Source of the DNA: Bacteroidota bacterium
GTDB lineage: Bacteria > Bacteroidota > Bacteroidia > Bacteroidales > Porphyromonadaceae
Reading direction: 5' to 3'
Length of the DNA: 64,000 nt
NCBI GenBank assembly: GCA_023396255.1
Contig: JAEWWU010000018.1
Span: 61,899 to 125,898, forward strand
The position numbers and the translations under genes are program-made. Below the pieces are notes generated by a model. It was not told where the DNA came from. It did not search any database and saw nothing but the letters and a program-made list of their open reading frames with translations. Shown here piece by piece: positions 28,795-39,900 of this stretch. Within the stretch, counting starts at the first letter, position 1. Each line of letters begins with the position of its first letter.

Positions 28795-29112
28795 CTACAA
28801 AAAGCCTAACTCCAATTGTGCCTCTTCGGACATCATATCCTTATTCCACTCCGGCTCAAAGGTAATGGTAACATCAACACGAGAAACCTCGGGGATACTT
28901 TCCACCTTAATACGAACATCTTCCAAAATAAAATCGGCTGCCGGGCAATTGGGGGCAGTTAAAGTCATTGTTATATGTACCACCCCAGCCTCCTGAACTT
29001 CTACATTGTAGATAAGCCCTAAGTCGTATACATTGATAGGTATCTCTGGATCATAAACCGTGCGCAACATACGCACGATTTGCTCCTCCAGATTCATAAA
29101 TTCATTTTCCAT
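28795..29112 (-). CDS. DUF59/MIP18-family Fe-S cluster assembly factor (SufT-like)
   Basis: 105 aa. VYDPEIPINVYDLGLIY...TLTAPNCP is the family signature. Confidence 0.8.
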   Translation of the reverse strand: MENEFMNLEEQIVRMLRTVYDPEIPINVYDLGLIYNVEVQEAGVVHITMTLTAPNCPAADFILEDVRIKVESIPEVSRVDVTITFEPEWNKDMMSEEAQLELGFL

Positions 29113-29121
29113 AATAGAGAA

Positions 29122-31272
29122 TTAGCGTTTGATATTCATTTCTTGAAGCAAGCGGGGGCAATTGCCATACTTATCCACAATGAGAAGCAGGTAACGAATA
29201 TCCAAAATAATGCTTCGTTGGTAGTCAGGCAGGTATTCAATATCCCCTCCAACGCCTTCCCAGTTTCGGTCGAAGTTGAGACCGATAAGCTCTCCTCGCT
29301 TGTTGAAGACAGGGCTACCGCTATTGCCCCCTGTTGTATGCGTGGTGGCGCAGAAATTCACCGGCATAGAGCCATTGGGCAAGGCATAGGGGCCAAAATC
29401 TTTCCTATCAAATATCTCTTTCAGACGAGGGCTTACTACATATTCCCAGTTATTGGGATCTTCTTTTTCCATTACCCCCACAAGAGTTGTTTGATGCCCG
29501 TAGGTAATGTTGTCCGATGGTTTGTAGCCTTTTACGTTACCATAAGTAAAGCGGATGGTCAGGTTGGCATCGGGCCACAATTGCTCTCCACCCACCATAT
29601 CGAGCATTCCGGCAGTAAATACTTTCTGTGCCGAAGCTATGGCAGGGTTAAAGGCCCTCAACTCCTCCATCACCGTTTCGTAGGTAGACCATACGGAAGC
29701 GGTTAATTGTGCCATAGGATCTGAAACAAAAGTGCGCAAATCTCCTACCTTGATGGCTTGAGCAAACTTTTCTCGAGAAGCATAGATAGAGTTTTCAAAA
29801 AGGAACGACACATATTGCTCCACTGAGCCAAACTGAGCCACTCCTTGCTTCAAAACGGCTGGTTGCTGTTCGGGAGCAATTTGTTGCACATAACGTTTGA
29901 GGACAGCCGTTGTTACATCTTTATCGACTTGCGGATTGTAATCTTTGTTGTAAAACTCGGCAAACTTTTCTTGCATACGCTGCAACTCTTTTGTCTTCAC
30001 GGCGGGTTTGCTCCATCCGGAAGCAGCCTCGGAACTAATAAGAGGTATGCGCAAAAATTCTACCGGATAAACAAGGGCCTCTTCCAAATAAACGCGATGG
30101 CGATGCAGGGGATATTTTTCCTTAACCAATTGCTCTATCTGTGCCACGGCCTCTTGATACTTATCTCCCTTGTTGTGGTTTTTCGCCCACTTGAGCAAAG
30201 CCTCTTGTTGTGCCAATTTGGAAGCTCTAAGATTGCGCTGCTTGATAGCCCAGTTAGCCCCCTGAGCCCGTTTATATCCATTCTGTGAGTAGGCGTACTT
30301 AGCTGCATACTGAATATTTACAGCTTCTTCTGCCAACATATGTCGCAGCATTACTTCCTGGCGAATACCTCGCATTTCGATGCGAATTTTATTGTCTAAC
30401 TCCGCCCAAGAATCTACCTCTGGAGCGGTAAAGAAGCGGTAAGTAGTTCCCGGGAAACCCATAATGAGAGCGAAATCTCCTTCTTGGACTCCTTGGGTGC
30501 TCACTTGCACAAAACGTTTGGGACGCAGGGGTTGATTGCTTGCAGCATAAGGAGCCGGATTGCCATTCTTATCAGCATAAATACGGAAAATAGAAAAATC
30601 TCCGGTATGGCGAGGCCACATCCAATTGTCTGTATCCGAGCCGAATTTACCAATTGAGCTGGGAGGGGCCGCCACAAAGCGCACATCCGAATATACCTTA
30701 TTGGTAAACATATAGTACTTATTCCCCCCATAGAAAGCCTTTATCACATATTTATATCCGGATTTGGCTGCAGCCCTCTTGCCCACAATTTGGGCCACAT
30801 AGGTGGCTAAGTGGCGAGGAGAAAGAGCCTCCAAGCTGTTTTCCAATTTGTCTTTCTTGAGCAAAGCAAGCACCTTATCGGTTACATCATCTATCCTATC
30901 GACCATCTCCACTTCTAACCCCGGGCACACCAGCTCTTCTTGAAAAGATTGCGCCCAAAAACCATCCTCTAAGTAGTTGTGTCCTACTGCCGAGTGATAC
31001 TGTATCTGATCGTAGCCACAATGGTGGTTGGTCAAAATGAGCCCTTGGTCCGAAACCACAACGCCCGAACATCCACCATCGAACATAACCACGGCATCCT
31101 TTATTGAAGAGCCATCCGGATTATACAAATCCAAAGCATTGAGTTCCAATCCACGCTCTTTCATTTGTTGATACTGCCCCTGCATCTGCTGCAAGAGCCA
31201 CATTCCTCCATCTGCATAGGCACAGAAAGAGGCAATCAAAGCCACAAAGGGCAAGAGGAAAAATTTTTTCAT
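29122..31272 (-). CDS. S46-family dipeptidyl peptidase, DPP11-like
   Basis: Has a signal peptide. Catalytic His in LTNHHCG and Ser in TGGNSGSPV (Ser651), with Arg669 18 residues after the Ser, as in P. gingivalis DPP11 (Ser655/Arg673, from memory). Confidence 0.85.
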   Translation of the reverse strand: MKKFFLLPFVALIASFCAYADGGMWLLQQMQGQYQQMKERGLELNALDLYNPDGSSIKDAVVMFDGGCSGVVVSDQGLILTNHHCGYDQIQYHSAVGHNYLEDGFWAQSFQEELVCPGLEVEMVDRIDDVTDKVLALLKKDKLENSLEALSPRHLATYVAQIVGKRAAAKSGYKYVIKAFYGGNKYYMFTNKVYSDVRFVAAPPSSIGKFGSDTDNWMWPRHTGDFSIFRIYADKNGNPAPYAASNQPLRPKRFVQVSTQGVQEGDFALIMGFPGTTYRFFTAPEVDSWAELDNKIRIEMRGIRQEVMLRHMLAEEAVNIQYAAKYAYSQNGYKRAQGANWAIKQRNLRASKLAQQEALLKWAKNHNKGDKYQEAVAQIEQLVKEKYPLHRHRVYLEEALVYPVEFLRIPLISSEAASGWSKPAVKTKELQRMQEKFAEFYNKDYNPQVDKDVTTAVLKRYVQQIAPEQQPAVLKQGVAQFGSVEQYVSFLFENSIYASREKFAQAIKVGDLRTFVSDPMAQLTASVWSTYETVMEELRAFNPAIASAQKVFTAGMLDMVGGEQLWPDANLTIRFTYGNVKGYKPSDNITYGHQTTLVGVMEKEDPNNWEYVVSPRLKEIFDRKDFGPYALPNGSMPVNFCATTHTTGGNSGSPVFNKRGELIGLNFDRNWEGVGGDIEYLPDYQRSIILDIRYLLLIVDKYGNCPRLLQEMNIKR

Positions 31273-31378
31273 TACTCTTTTTCTATTTTATTTTATCTAT
31301 ATCTTCTCGGAGTCGTTGCCAAAAGCAATAGAACAATCTCCTGCTCCCATCCCCACAACATTCTTCCGTACGTGTCTA

Positions 31379-31849
31379 TTACTGCAAAGGAGGTAACTGC
31401 ATATTTTGAGACAAATAGCCATTGTGATAACGTTTGTCTCCCGTCACTTCTCGACCAATCCAAGCCGGCAGTGGGGGGTTATCGGTCACTTGCTCCAATT
31501 CCACTTCTGCCAAAAGCAGCCCTTCCAAAGCACCTTCAAAGACATCTACCTCCCACATAAACCCTTCATAAGGAACATAGTAGCGCACTTTTTCTATCAC
31601 CCCCGGTCGGGCATAATGCATCATTTGCACGGCATCCTCTTTGGGAATAGAGTATTCCCATTCGGGACGCGAAAGCCCTCCATCGAGAGAAGCTCCCTTG
31701 ATGGTAATAACAGCTTCTTGATCAATAATTCGCACACGCACCGTATTGAACTGTGAGGTGCTCAAATAGGCCTGCTTAATTTTTTTACAATGTGTTGCCT
31801 GCTGCACAAAATCACTGTTGAGAGGCAAAAATTTACGCTCTATTTCCAT
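31379..31849 (-). CDS. CYTH-domain protein (triphosphate tunnel metalloenzyme)
   Basis: Starts MEIERKFL, the ExExK signature of CYTH. 156 aa. Confidence 0.8.
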   Translation of the reverse strand: MEIERKFLPLNSDFVQQATHCKKIKQAYLSTSQFNTVRVRIIDQEAVITIKGASLDGGLSRPEWEYSIPKEDAVQMMHYARPGVIEKVRYYVPYEGFMWEVDVFEGALEGLLLAEVELEQVTDNPPLPAWIGREVTGDKRYHNGYLSQNMQLPPLQ

Positions 31850-31861
31850 CGCAACAAGATA

Positions 31862-32965
31862 TCAGTGAATAATGACTTCGATAGCTCCGAACCCGTATTC
31901 TTTAAAAGAAGCATCTCGGTGCGAAACTTTGGGATATTTGCGCTCTATGGTCTGTATCAGAGTTTGCCTCAAAACCCCTTGCCCCTTACCGTGGATAAAA
32001 ATCACCTTAGAACCCTTGGGGCGCTTTTCCAATTCCCGCTCAAACGACTTCACTTGATACAAAAGTATTTCGTGGGGCGTCATACCGACACTATCGTCCA
32101 ACAGGGCAGAGATATGCAAATCCACCACACCATCCTTACAATCCAGTTGCGGTTGTGGCTGGGTTGACTGAACCTTTTGCGGAGAACGATCGCGCTGCAC
32201 CTTCTCTTGCAGCACTGCTTCCGGTTCACCCGTATTGGTTGGAGCTACGCTATGCGATTTCCCCTTAACGATCAGCGGATAAACCAAAGCATCTTCATCG
32301 AAAAAAGGGTTTTCTCTAAAACAATGTCTCTTGAAAAACTTTACCCCCTCCAGATGCCACTCCACACTAAACGGCTGCAAACTCTGGTACCCCCGTTGCA
32401 TCTTGTAGGGGAGCAACTGTACCAAGCTGTATTCCATTTCATTGAGCTGGTCGGGAGTAAACTCCTCCACAAAAACACGCGTATCCGGCTCTACGATCCC
32501 CTGTGCACGAAAGTGATAACGTCCAGATCGAGTGCGTGTGGCATAAGTAAAGGTCAAATAATAATTGCTCTCGTTGATTAGATACATCTCATAGGCAGAA
32601 GAGCCAAAAGATTTATAATCGACCGGCAAATAAGCCACAGAAAAATCCACTGCATCACCCCCGGGGCGGTCAATAACCGGAATCTGTATAGGAGTCTCCT
32701 CCTTTGAGGCAGTTATCGTCTTTGGAGACTGGCTCGCGACTTTTGTCTCTTTTTGAGCCTGCTCGGCTCTCTTCTCAGCGGGAGTCTTGTAACCAGAAAC
32801 AAAAGTATCGTTGCCATCAACCACCACACACTCGGAGATAGGGGTAGGCAATTCAAAACCGTCTTCACCCTCGACCCACGCTATATTTTTCTTTATTCTG
32901 CGTATGACACCGCCTCCACTGGCATTGAGGAAGCGCACTTTGTCTCCCACTTGTATATTCTTCAT
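31862..32965 (-). CDS. Smr-domain protein (DUF2027 N-terminal region plus C-terminal Smr)
   Basis: The C-terminal VVDLHISAL...VIFIHGKGQGVLRQ.. is a Smr/MutS2-type nuclease motif. It lies 12 nt upstream of the CYTH gene. Confidence 0.7.
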   Translation of the reverse strand: MKNIQVGDKVRFLNASGGGVIRRIKKNIAWVEGEDGFELPTPISECVVVDGNDTFVSGYKTPAEKRAEQAQKETKVASQSPKTITASKEETPIQIPVIDRPGGDAVDFSVAYLPVDYKSFGSSAYEMYLINESNYYLTFTYATRTRSGRYHFRAQGIVEPDTRVFVEEFTPDQLNEMEYSLVQLLPYKMQRGYQSLQPFSVEWHLEGVKFFKRHCFRENPFFDEDALVYPLIVKGKSHSVAPTNTGEPEAVLQEKVQRDRSPQKVQSTQPQPQLDCKDGVVDLHISALLDDSVGMTPHEILLYQVKSFERELEKRPKGSKVIFIHGKGQGVLRQTLIQTIERKYPKVSHRDASFKEYGFGAIEVIIH

Positions 32966-33459
32966 AATCCATTCTTCCCCACTCGGTTCTTACCGACATA
33001 AAGCACTAATTCCGCATTCAGAGCCGACCTTTTGCCTCATTTTGCCATTCCGAGCAGACATCCGCGAAGATAACCATTTTTTACCAAAGCCCTCGTCATC
33101 CGTTCCCAAGCTGTGAAAAAACAAGGGAGCAACTTCTCTACAAGAAAACTCCTCCCAACACCTCGTCTGGGTTCTTTCGTTTCCGCTCTGCCAAAGAGAC
33201 AATAGCCAAGGTTTTCTAATAAATAATTATTTATTTCTTCAAATTGCCCTCTACCTATGGTAAATTCGTATAAAGACATCCTTTCAAGCCCTTTTAACAA
33301 TTTTTAGAATATTTTCCCTAACAACAAGAGTGAAACAACAATCAAAAAAATTGAATGCAACACCTCTTGAAATCGGATAAGAGCTTCTCCATTTTTCGGG
33401 GAATGTTTTCCTCCCTCATATCCCCTGTTTTTCGAGACTCCAATTACCTATTTCCTCAT

Positions 33460-33571
33460 AAAAAATATTTGCTTGGACGGAAGAAAAATTTGTAGGGAAT
33501 TATCAAAAATTAGTTCCCTGAAAATAGGCGATTAGTTCCCTACTTTTTTGTCATTTTGAGGGAACTAATCG
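33460..33571 (+). repeat. Mosaic intergenic repeat, copy 2 (type II)
   Basis: AAAAATATTTGCTTGGACGGAAGAAAAATTTG core, then AGGGAATTA 33494, TAGTTCCCT 33511, TAGTTCCCT 33533, AGGGAACTA 33559. Confidence 0.9.
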
Positions 33572-33652
33572 AACAGTGGATAGGAACACGAGGTAGATAA
33601 GGTTTTGAAAGACATTTTTGTGTTTCTTGGATGGTATTTATTGGCAATTGTT

Positions 33653-33660
33653 TACCTTTG
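33653..33660 (+). promoter_or_regulatory. -7 promoter box TACCTTTG for dapB
   Basis: Perfect TAnnTTTG, 34 nt upstream of the ATG at 33694. Confidence 0.55.
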
Positions 33661-33693
33661 AGAGAATCTTTTGGATACAAAAAAATTATACCT

Positions 33694-34461
33694 ATGAAAA
33701 TAGCCTTATTGGGATATGGGCGTATGGGACATATGGTGGAGCAATTGGCTCTCGCTGCGGGGGACACGGTTGTGGCGATCATAGATGCCGGTCAGGAAAA
33801 TATGTTCGATACAGAATCCTTTGCTTCGGCAGATGTTGCCATAGACTTTTCTGTTCCATCCGTGGCATACAGCCTGTGTCGTGCTGCTATGCAGCGAGGT
33901 AAACCGGTGGTTTCGGGCACAACGGGTTGGGACAAAGAGTTGCATCTGCTGCAACAAGAAATAATCACCCAAGGCTGGACCTTCTTGCACGCCAGCAATT
34001 TCAGCATAGGAGTCAATCTGTTTTTCGCCCTTAGCGAAGAGTTTGCCAAGATGATGGACCGATTTCCCAACTATCGTGCAACAATGAAAGAGGTACACCA
34101 TCGGCACAAGCTCGATGCTCCGAGCGGAACGGCTTTGACCACCGCCAAAGGCATTTTGGTCCACTCTTCTCGCCTATCGGATTGGTATATGGAAAGCGAG
34201 GAGCCTTCGTTGCAGTCCTTAGTGGAGCGCAGTAAAGATGGCAAAAAGCCGGATGACTGTTTGCCGATAAAAGTCTTTCGCCAAGGAGAAGAGATTGGTT
34301 GCCACTCGGTGGCGTATACCTCGGACAGCGATTCCATAACCCTCACACATCAAGCCTTTGACCGCAGTGGTTTTGCTCAAGGGGCTCTTATTGCAGCTCG
34401 TTTTTGTCTTGGTCGCAGTGGGCTATTCACGATGAAACAACTCCTCGAAGAGTATCGCTAA
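33694..34461 (+). CDS. dapB: 4-hydroxy-tetrahydrodipicolinate reductase
   Basis: MKIALLGYGRMGHMV Rossmann start and EVHHRHKLDAPSGTA catalytic motif. Confidence 0.88.
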   Translation: MKIALLGYGRMGHMVEQLALAAGDTVVAIIDAGQENMFDTESFASADVAIDFSVPSVAYSLCRAAMQRGKPVVSGTTGWDKELHLLQQEIITQGWTFLHASNFSIGVNLFFALSEEFAKMMDRFPNYRATMKEVHHRHKLDAPSGTALTTAKGILVHSSRLSDWYMESEEPSLQSLVERSKDGKKPDDCLPIKVFRQGEEIGCHSVAYTSDSDSITLTHQAFDRSGFAQGALIAARFCLGRSGLFTMKQLLEEYR

Positions 34462-34497
34462 TTACTCAGTTCAACACAAAACAAATTCTTATTCGAT

Positions 34498-35910
34498 ATG
34501 AAAATTCAGTTCCATTGGAAAGACTTGTCACTAAAACAACGCATAATCGGAGTGGTTGTTTGCCTCCTTTTTTTACTCTTCTGCTTGTGGGCAGGATGGG
34601 GGTGGTTGCTGCTCTTTCCTTTTGTGGTAGACCGATATTTCCTGCACATTGTACCTTGGGGATGGTACAGGAAAATCAAAAACAAAACCTTGAGGAGTTT
34701 CGTCTCCCTGGTGGCAGATCTTCTTTATGCTGTAATAGGAGTTACTTTTTTGAGCATATTTTTCTTCCAAAATTTTGCCATTCCATCCTCCTCCTTGGAG
34801 AAAACTCTGCTGGTAGGGGATTATCTTTTTGTTGATAAAATCACTTTTGGGCCTCGCTCGGTAATGACCCCTGTGGCTGTGCCACTGGTACACAATCGCT
34901 TTATGAATGGCGAATCTTATGTGGTTTCGCCTCAACTGAAATACCGTAGGCTCAAAGGAATTCGTCCCGTACGGCGAGGAGACTTGGTGGTCTTTAACTT
35001 TCCTACCGGAGACACAGTCACCGTAAAAAAGAACAATCCGGACTACTACTACCAGTGCAAGCAGTCCGGCAGAGACTATATCTATGCCCATCCCGAAGAG
35101 TTTGGCGAGGTGGTCTATCGCCCCGTAGACAAAAGAGACCACTATGTAAAAAGATGTGTGGCAATCGCCGGAGATCAGCTTGAAATAAGAAACAATCAGG
35201 TATACATCAATGGCAAACCGCAAGCCAATCCTCCTCATATGCAACTTAACTATTTGATACAGGTAACCTCCCCCGGGCTTACGGAACGGGAAATGGATCA
35301 GTTGGGCATCAATCTGGACGACCGCCATTGGTTCTCATCTTCTCCGGAGCAAACACCTCTGTTACAAACCTACGGCTTGCAACCCTTGGAAGATGGTACA
35401 ATGGGGATGGTTTACCAATTCCCTCTGACACAGAAAATGAAACAAAAGTTGCAGGCACACCCACGGGTTAAACGAATCGTGGTGACACAGGATGCCAATA
35501 CCCAAATCTATCCGTTAGAGATGGATTTGGGATGGACAAGGGACAACTTCGGTCCGCTCTACATTCCCAAAAAGGGAGAAACCATAGAGCTAACCCCAAA
35601 AAACATAGCCCTCTACAAGCGGTGTATTGTCAACTATGAGGGGCATACCTTTGAAATATCGACCGAAGGGGGATACTTCATCGACGGCAAGCCTGCCACA
35701 CACTACACTTTTGCCCAAGACTACTTCTTTATGATGGGGGACAATCGACACAATTCGGCAGACAGCCGCTATTGGGGATTGGTTCCGGAAGACCATATCG
35801 TAGGGCGTCCGGCTTTCTTGTGGCTTTCTCTGGAAAAAGACAAGGATTGGGGCTATGGTCATATTCGCTGGAAAAGAATGATGCGTGTAATCAATGGGCT
35901 TACCCTCTAA
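34498..35910 (+). CDS. lepB: Signal peptidase I (long Bacteroidetes form)
   Basis: TM segments, a [16 protein letters not shown] Ser box, [11 protein letters not shown], and [25 protein letters not shown]. Confidence 0.88.
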   Translation: MKIQFHWKDLSLKQRIIGVVVCLLFLLFCLWAGWGWLLLFPFVVDRYFLHIVPWGWYRKIKNKTLRSFVSLVADLLYAVIGVTFLSIFFFQNFAIPSSSLEKTLLVGDYLFVDKITFGPRSVMTPVAVPLVHNRFMNGESYVVSPQLKYRRLKGIRPVRRGDLVVFNFPTGDTVTVKKNNPDYYYQCKQSGRDYIYAHPEEFGEVVYRPVDKRDHYVKRCVAIAGDQLEIRNNQVYINGKPQANPPHMQLNYLIQVTSPGLTEREMDQLGINLDDRHWFSSSPEQTPLLQTYGLQPLEDGTMGMVYQFPLTQKMKQKLQAHPRVKRIVVTQDANTQIYPLEMDLGWTRDNFGPLYIPKKGETIELTPKNIALYKRCIVNYEGHTFEISTEGGYFIDGKPATHYTFAQDYFFMMGDNRHNSADSRYWGLVPEDHIVGRPAFLWLSLEKDKDWGYGHIRWKRMMRVINGLTL

Positions 35911-36313
35911 AAACAATCGTTCTCGACGCCTGCTTACCTACCTGCCTTTGTTATTAATCGTAGGGGTGGCGGTGGTGCGTTGTTGTTTCTTCTTTCTGTA
36001 TCGGGTCACTCCGGGGGAATGCTCTCCATTGCCGACAGGGACAGTGCTATTATTACATAAACAGGCCTCTCCGCAAGTGGGGCAATATGTACTTGTCGGA
36101 GACCGTTCTTTTTGGAATTGGAGACATAAGGGAATCTTGTTGCAGGTAGTGGCTCAACCCGGAGATACAGTAATCGTCAGCAGAAACCAAGGAGGGGTTG
36201 CCGAGCAACGCGTGCTCTCTCCCGAGCAATATCAGGTTGTGATGGAGTGCCACAACGAGCGGAAGTATGCTTTTGTAAACAGATCCGATATTATAGCTGT
36301 TACACGCCGTTGA
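35894..36313 (+). CDS. Short S26-like signal-peptidase paralog
   Basis: TM segment [16 protein letters not shown], a Ser-box-like GECSPLPTG, and [14 protein letters not shown] resembling the KRV.A.PGD box. It has no GDNxxxSxDSR box and overlaps the lepB end by 17 nt. Confidence 0.5.
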   Translation: MGLPSKNNRSRRLLTYLPLLLIVGVAVVRCCFFFLYRVTPGECSPLPTGTVLLLHKQASPQVGQYVLVGDRSFWNWRHKGILLQVVAQPGDTVIVSRNQGGVAEQRVLSPEQYQVVMECHNERKYAFVNRSDIIAVTRR

Positions 36314-36321
36314 TTGGTGGT

Positions 36322-36951
36322 ATGATGAACCCTGTCTTATCCATTGCTTACGCTCCCCCGATACAATATTTTTGCCACTTGCTCAAAGGTGCAGTGGTAG
36401 AGCAGTTCGAGAACTACCACAAGCAGTCGTATCGCAATCGTTGTACTATTTTAGGATCGGGGGGACCGATCTCTATGACCATACCGGTGCAGAGCGGAGC
36501 CTCTTCTCAGTGCCCAATTACCAATGTTTTATTAGCTCCGCACAACGATTGGCGCAAGAATCATTGGCATACCATCTGTACTTGTTACGGGGCGTCTCCT
36601 TTTTTTGAGTATTATGCCCCGGACTTGGAGTCATTCTTTTTGGCTCCGTTGAAGAGCGAATCGCTTTTCGATTTCAACCTGCACCTGTTGCAAACCATCA
36701 TCGAACTTTTGCACCTTCCGATAGAGGTGACATTTACGGAGCATTATTCCTCAGAGACACCGAACAACCTGACCCATTTGTTGCAGCCCAAATCCAATTG
36801 GATCGATCCTCACTTTTTCCCCACACCTTACTATCAGCCTTTTAGAGAACGGTTGGGTTTTGTTCCCAATATGAGTGTTTTGGATCTCTTGTTCAACGCG
36901 GGTCCCGAAGCCATATTGGTTTTACAAAAAAGTTATCGAGTGTTCCAATAA
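36322..36951 (+). CDS. WbqC-family protein
   Basis: MMNPVLSIAYAPPIQYFCHLL...FENYHKQSYRNRCTI matches the WbqC-like N-terminus as I recall it. ATG at 36322. Confidence 0.7.
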   Translation: MMNPVLSIAYAPPIQYFCHLLKGAVVEQFENYHKQSYRNRCTILGSGGPISMTIPVQSGASSQCPITNVLLAPHNDWRKNHWHTICTCYGASPFFEYYAPDLESFFLAPLKSESLFDFNLHLLQTIIELLHLPIEVTFTEHYSSETPNNLTHLLQPKSNWIDPHFFPTPYYQPFRERLGFVPNMSVLDLLFNAGPEAILVLQKSYRVFQ

Positions 36952-36964
36952 AACATATATGTAA

Positions 36965-39900
36965 ATGATGAAAAAAATTAGTTTCTTATTGTACTCATTG
37001 CTATTGTGTATGGCAGGGGTACTGACGGGTTGGGCGCAAGATGCTCCTGCCCTAAAATTCAAAACGGAGCAATCCATAGGAACCAAACAGAGTATAAGCG
37101 TCGTAACCGCAGAAGGAGCTTATCGGGTCGATTGGGGAGATGGCAAACCCATTGAGTACAGTGCAATGATGAGTTCGGGAACTGTTCAAGGCAATTACAT
37201 TGCCGTTTATGGATCCATTAAATCTTTATCTTTGACCGGTGCCAAGATTACGGCGGTGGAGACCTTCAATGCCCCCAACCTAACCATCTTTAATCTTAGC
37301 GACAACCAACTGACGTCATTGGTATTGCCTCAACTTGCTTTGCTCAAAAGTTTGTCGTTGCAAAACAACCGCTTATCCGAATTGGTTCTCAACAATTACC
37401 CGGCATTGGAAACCCTCAACATCAAAGGCAACGGAATGGGTAAACTCACGTTGAACAACCTGCCTCAACTAAAAACTTTGATGATGGCGGAAAACCTCGT
37501 GACCGAGTTGGATTTGAGCAAATTCGCTGCCCTCAACTCGGTACGCGCATCCAAAAACAAATTGGCCAAGGTCGTGTTAGCCCCTAATCTTAAAGAGTTG
37601 CACGCCGAAGACAATTTACTTACCTCTATGGCTCCGGTCAAGGATATGCCCAACTTGAAAACGCTCCGTTTGAGTGGCAACCGAATTGCATCGATGACAG
37701 TAGACGGTTGTGCCGTTTTTGCCGAACTTGAGCTCAATGATAATGGGCTTACGGCACTTTCGTTGAACAACCTGCCCAAGCTCTCTCTTCTGTATCTGAA
37801 AAACAATAAACTCTCTGCCCAAACACTTGAAACGATATACAAAGCTCTCCCAAACAATAGCCGAGGAGTTATCAAAATAGAAGGCAACGAAGCGGCTGCC
37901 TCCTCTCCTATGTCCATCGCCACGGACAAGGGTTGGAAGGTAGATGTTGCTCCCGTTGCACAAAGGCAATTGGTTGAGGGAACAGACTATACGCTCAGCA
38001 ACGACCGAGAAGGATTGGCACGTTGGTTGGCAGAAGATTTGTCTTTGATCGATTTGAATCTTGATGCCACCCTTTCTCAAATCAAGAGAATAGATGATTA
38101 TGCTTTCTTTGGAGCTGTTTCGGTGCAAAAAATTCTCTTGCCCTCTTCTTTGCAGAGTATAGGGGTCGGTTCATTTATGGGGTGTGGTCTCAAAGAAATC
38201 AAACTCCCCAAAGGACTAAGGAGCATAGGTAAGGTAAATGGGAAGAATAGCAATCCTTTTGGAGAGTCTCTCTCGCTGACCAAGATCAATGTCGAGGAGG
38301 GAAACAGTCGTTTTGCCTCCATTGACGGAGTGTTGTACTCCAAAGACGGCAGTATGATGATTGCTTATCCTGCCGGTCGCTCCGGGGCAGAGTTTTCCAT
38401 CCCCAAGGAGGTACAAGAAGTTGGGCAGTGGGCTTTCTCCGGAGCATTGTTCCTCAAGAAAGTAATCTGCCCTTCCGAACTTAAAACCATTCACCAATAT
38501 GCTTTTGCCGACGCCGGGTTACTGAACCAAGTAGAACTTAATGAAGGTCTTACAGCTATCGATTGGGCAGCTTTTCAGCGCACCGCCATCGAATCGATCT
38601 CTTTGCCCAAGAGCCTGGGGGTGGTAATGGATGGTGATTATCCCGTAAATCCTTTTATGGGGTGCACTTCGCTCAAAGAAATTCGAGTAGCAGAGGGCAA
38701 TAGTACTTACAGCGTGAGCGAAGGGATACTCTACGCAACCGAAAAAACTTCTCTCATAGCTGTTCCCGCTTCACTCTCGTTGGAGCAATACACCCTTCCC
38801 GCTTCGGTCAAAAGCATAGCTATGGGGGCCTTTGCCGGGCAAAAAAATCTCAAAGGAGTACGCATCCGCCAATATATCGCCGTTCCGTTGAGAGCCTTTG
38901 ACGAGTGTTTGCGGCTCGAAAGTGTACGCCTCGAAACGGGTACACCATACATCGCCGATCAAGCTTTTAGTGGATGCACGGCTCTGAAGAATATTTATTT
39001 GATCAACAAGAAAGTACCGGCAATAGGTGAAGAAGCCTTTGATCAAGTTCCTGCCACCGCAGTAGTCTATGTCGCAGAAGGTGGTAAGGCTTTGTACGAA
39101 GCTGATGCTAACTGGAAGAAGGCCATTAGTGCCTCTTATCAAGAAGTAGCACCCATTTACAGCTTTTTACAAATCCATCGCGAGGAGTTTGTCAAGCTGA
39201 CTAATACCGAAGAGGGAGCTGAGTTTTACAACCAAATTCCCGAAATTGCTCCCCTATGCCGCAACAACACAGAAGTCGTAGGCAATATAACCGGGATGAC
39301 TTCGATTGTGGTATTGGGTACCCAAAAAGGTAGCGACTACGAGGCTCTCTATTTGGTAGAAGTTGTACCCACACAAGCCTCTTTCGTTGAGCCTTATCTG
39401 AGTCGCCAAAATCGCAATCGTGCCAACATTGTTAGCTACGAGAAAGAACTAGCACAACGCACTTTGACTCAAGAGGAAGACTCTTTCGGAGGGAAGTTGG
39501 TTACATTCTCTTCGGAACAACAACCCGGGGTAGCTGTCAAATACCTCTTTATGGGGGACGAAGCCGTTATGTACACCACAATTGTTTTCGACAGCAAAAA
39601 GATCTACACCAATCTCAAAGCCGATGTTTTCTTTGCAGAACGCTATACGGCGGCTACGGGAACCGATTTGGACGACCAGGCCTTTGACGGATTTGTTCGC
39701 CCCGATGGAGTAGGCTACGAATACAGAGAAATGGATATAGAAGAAAGCAACGACCCTGTAATTAACATTGCCTATTTCTTTGCAAAAGAAGTTACGTACA
39801 AGCCTATAACACTGCATACCGAAACTATTGAAGCCCAACCGATAGGCTCTCTTATTCTGCAGGGTAATCGTTTGCTGTTTCCACAAGAGAGCGTTGAGGT

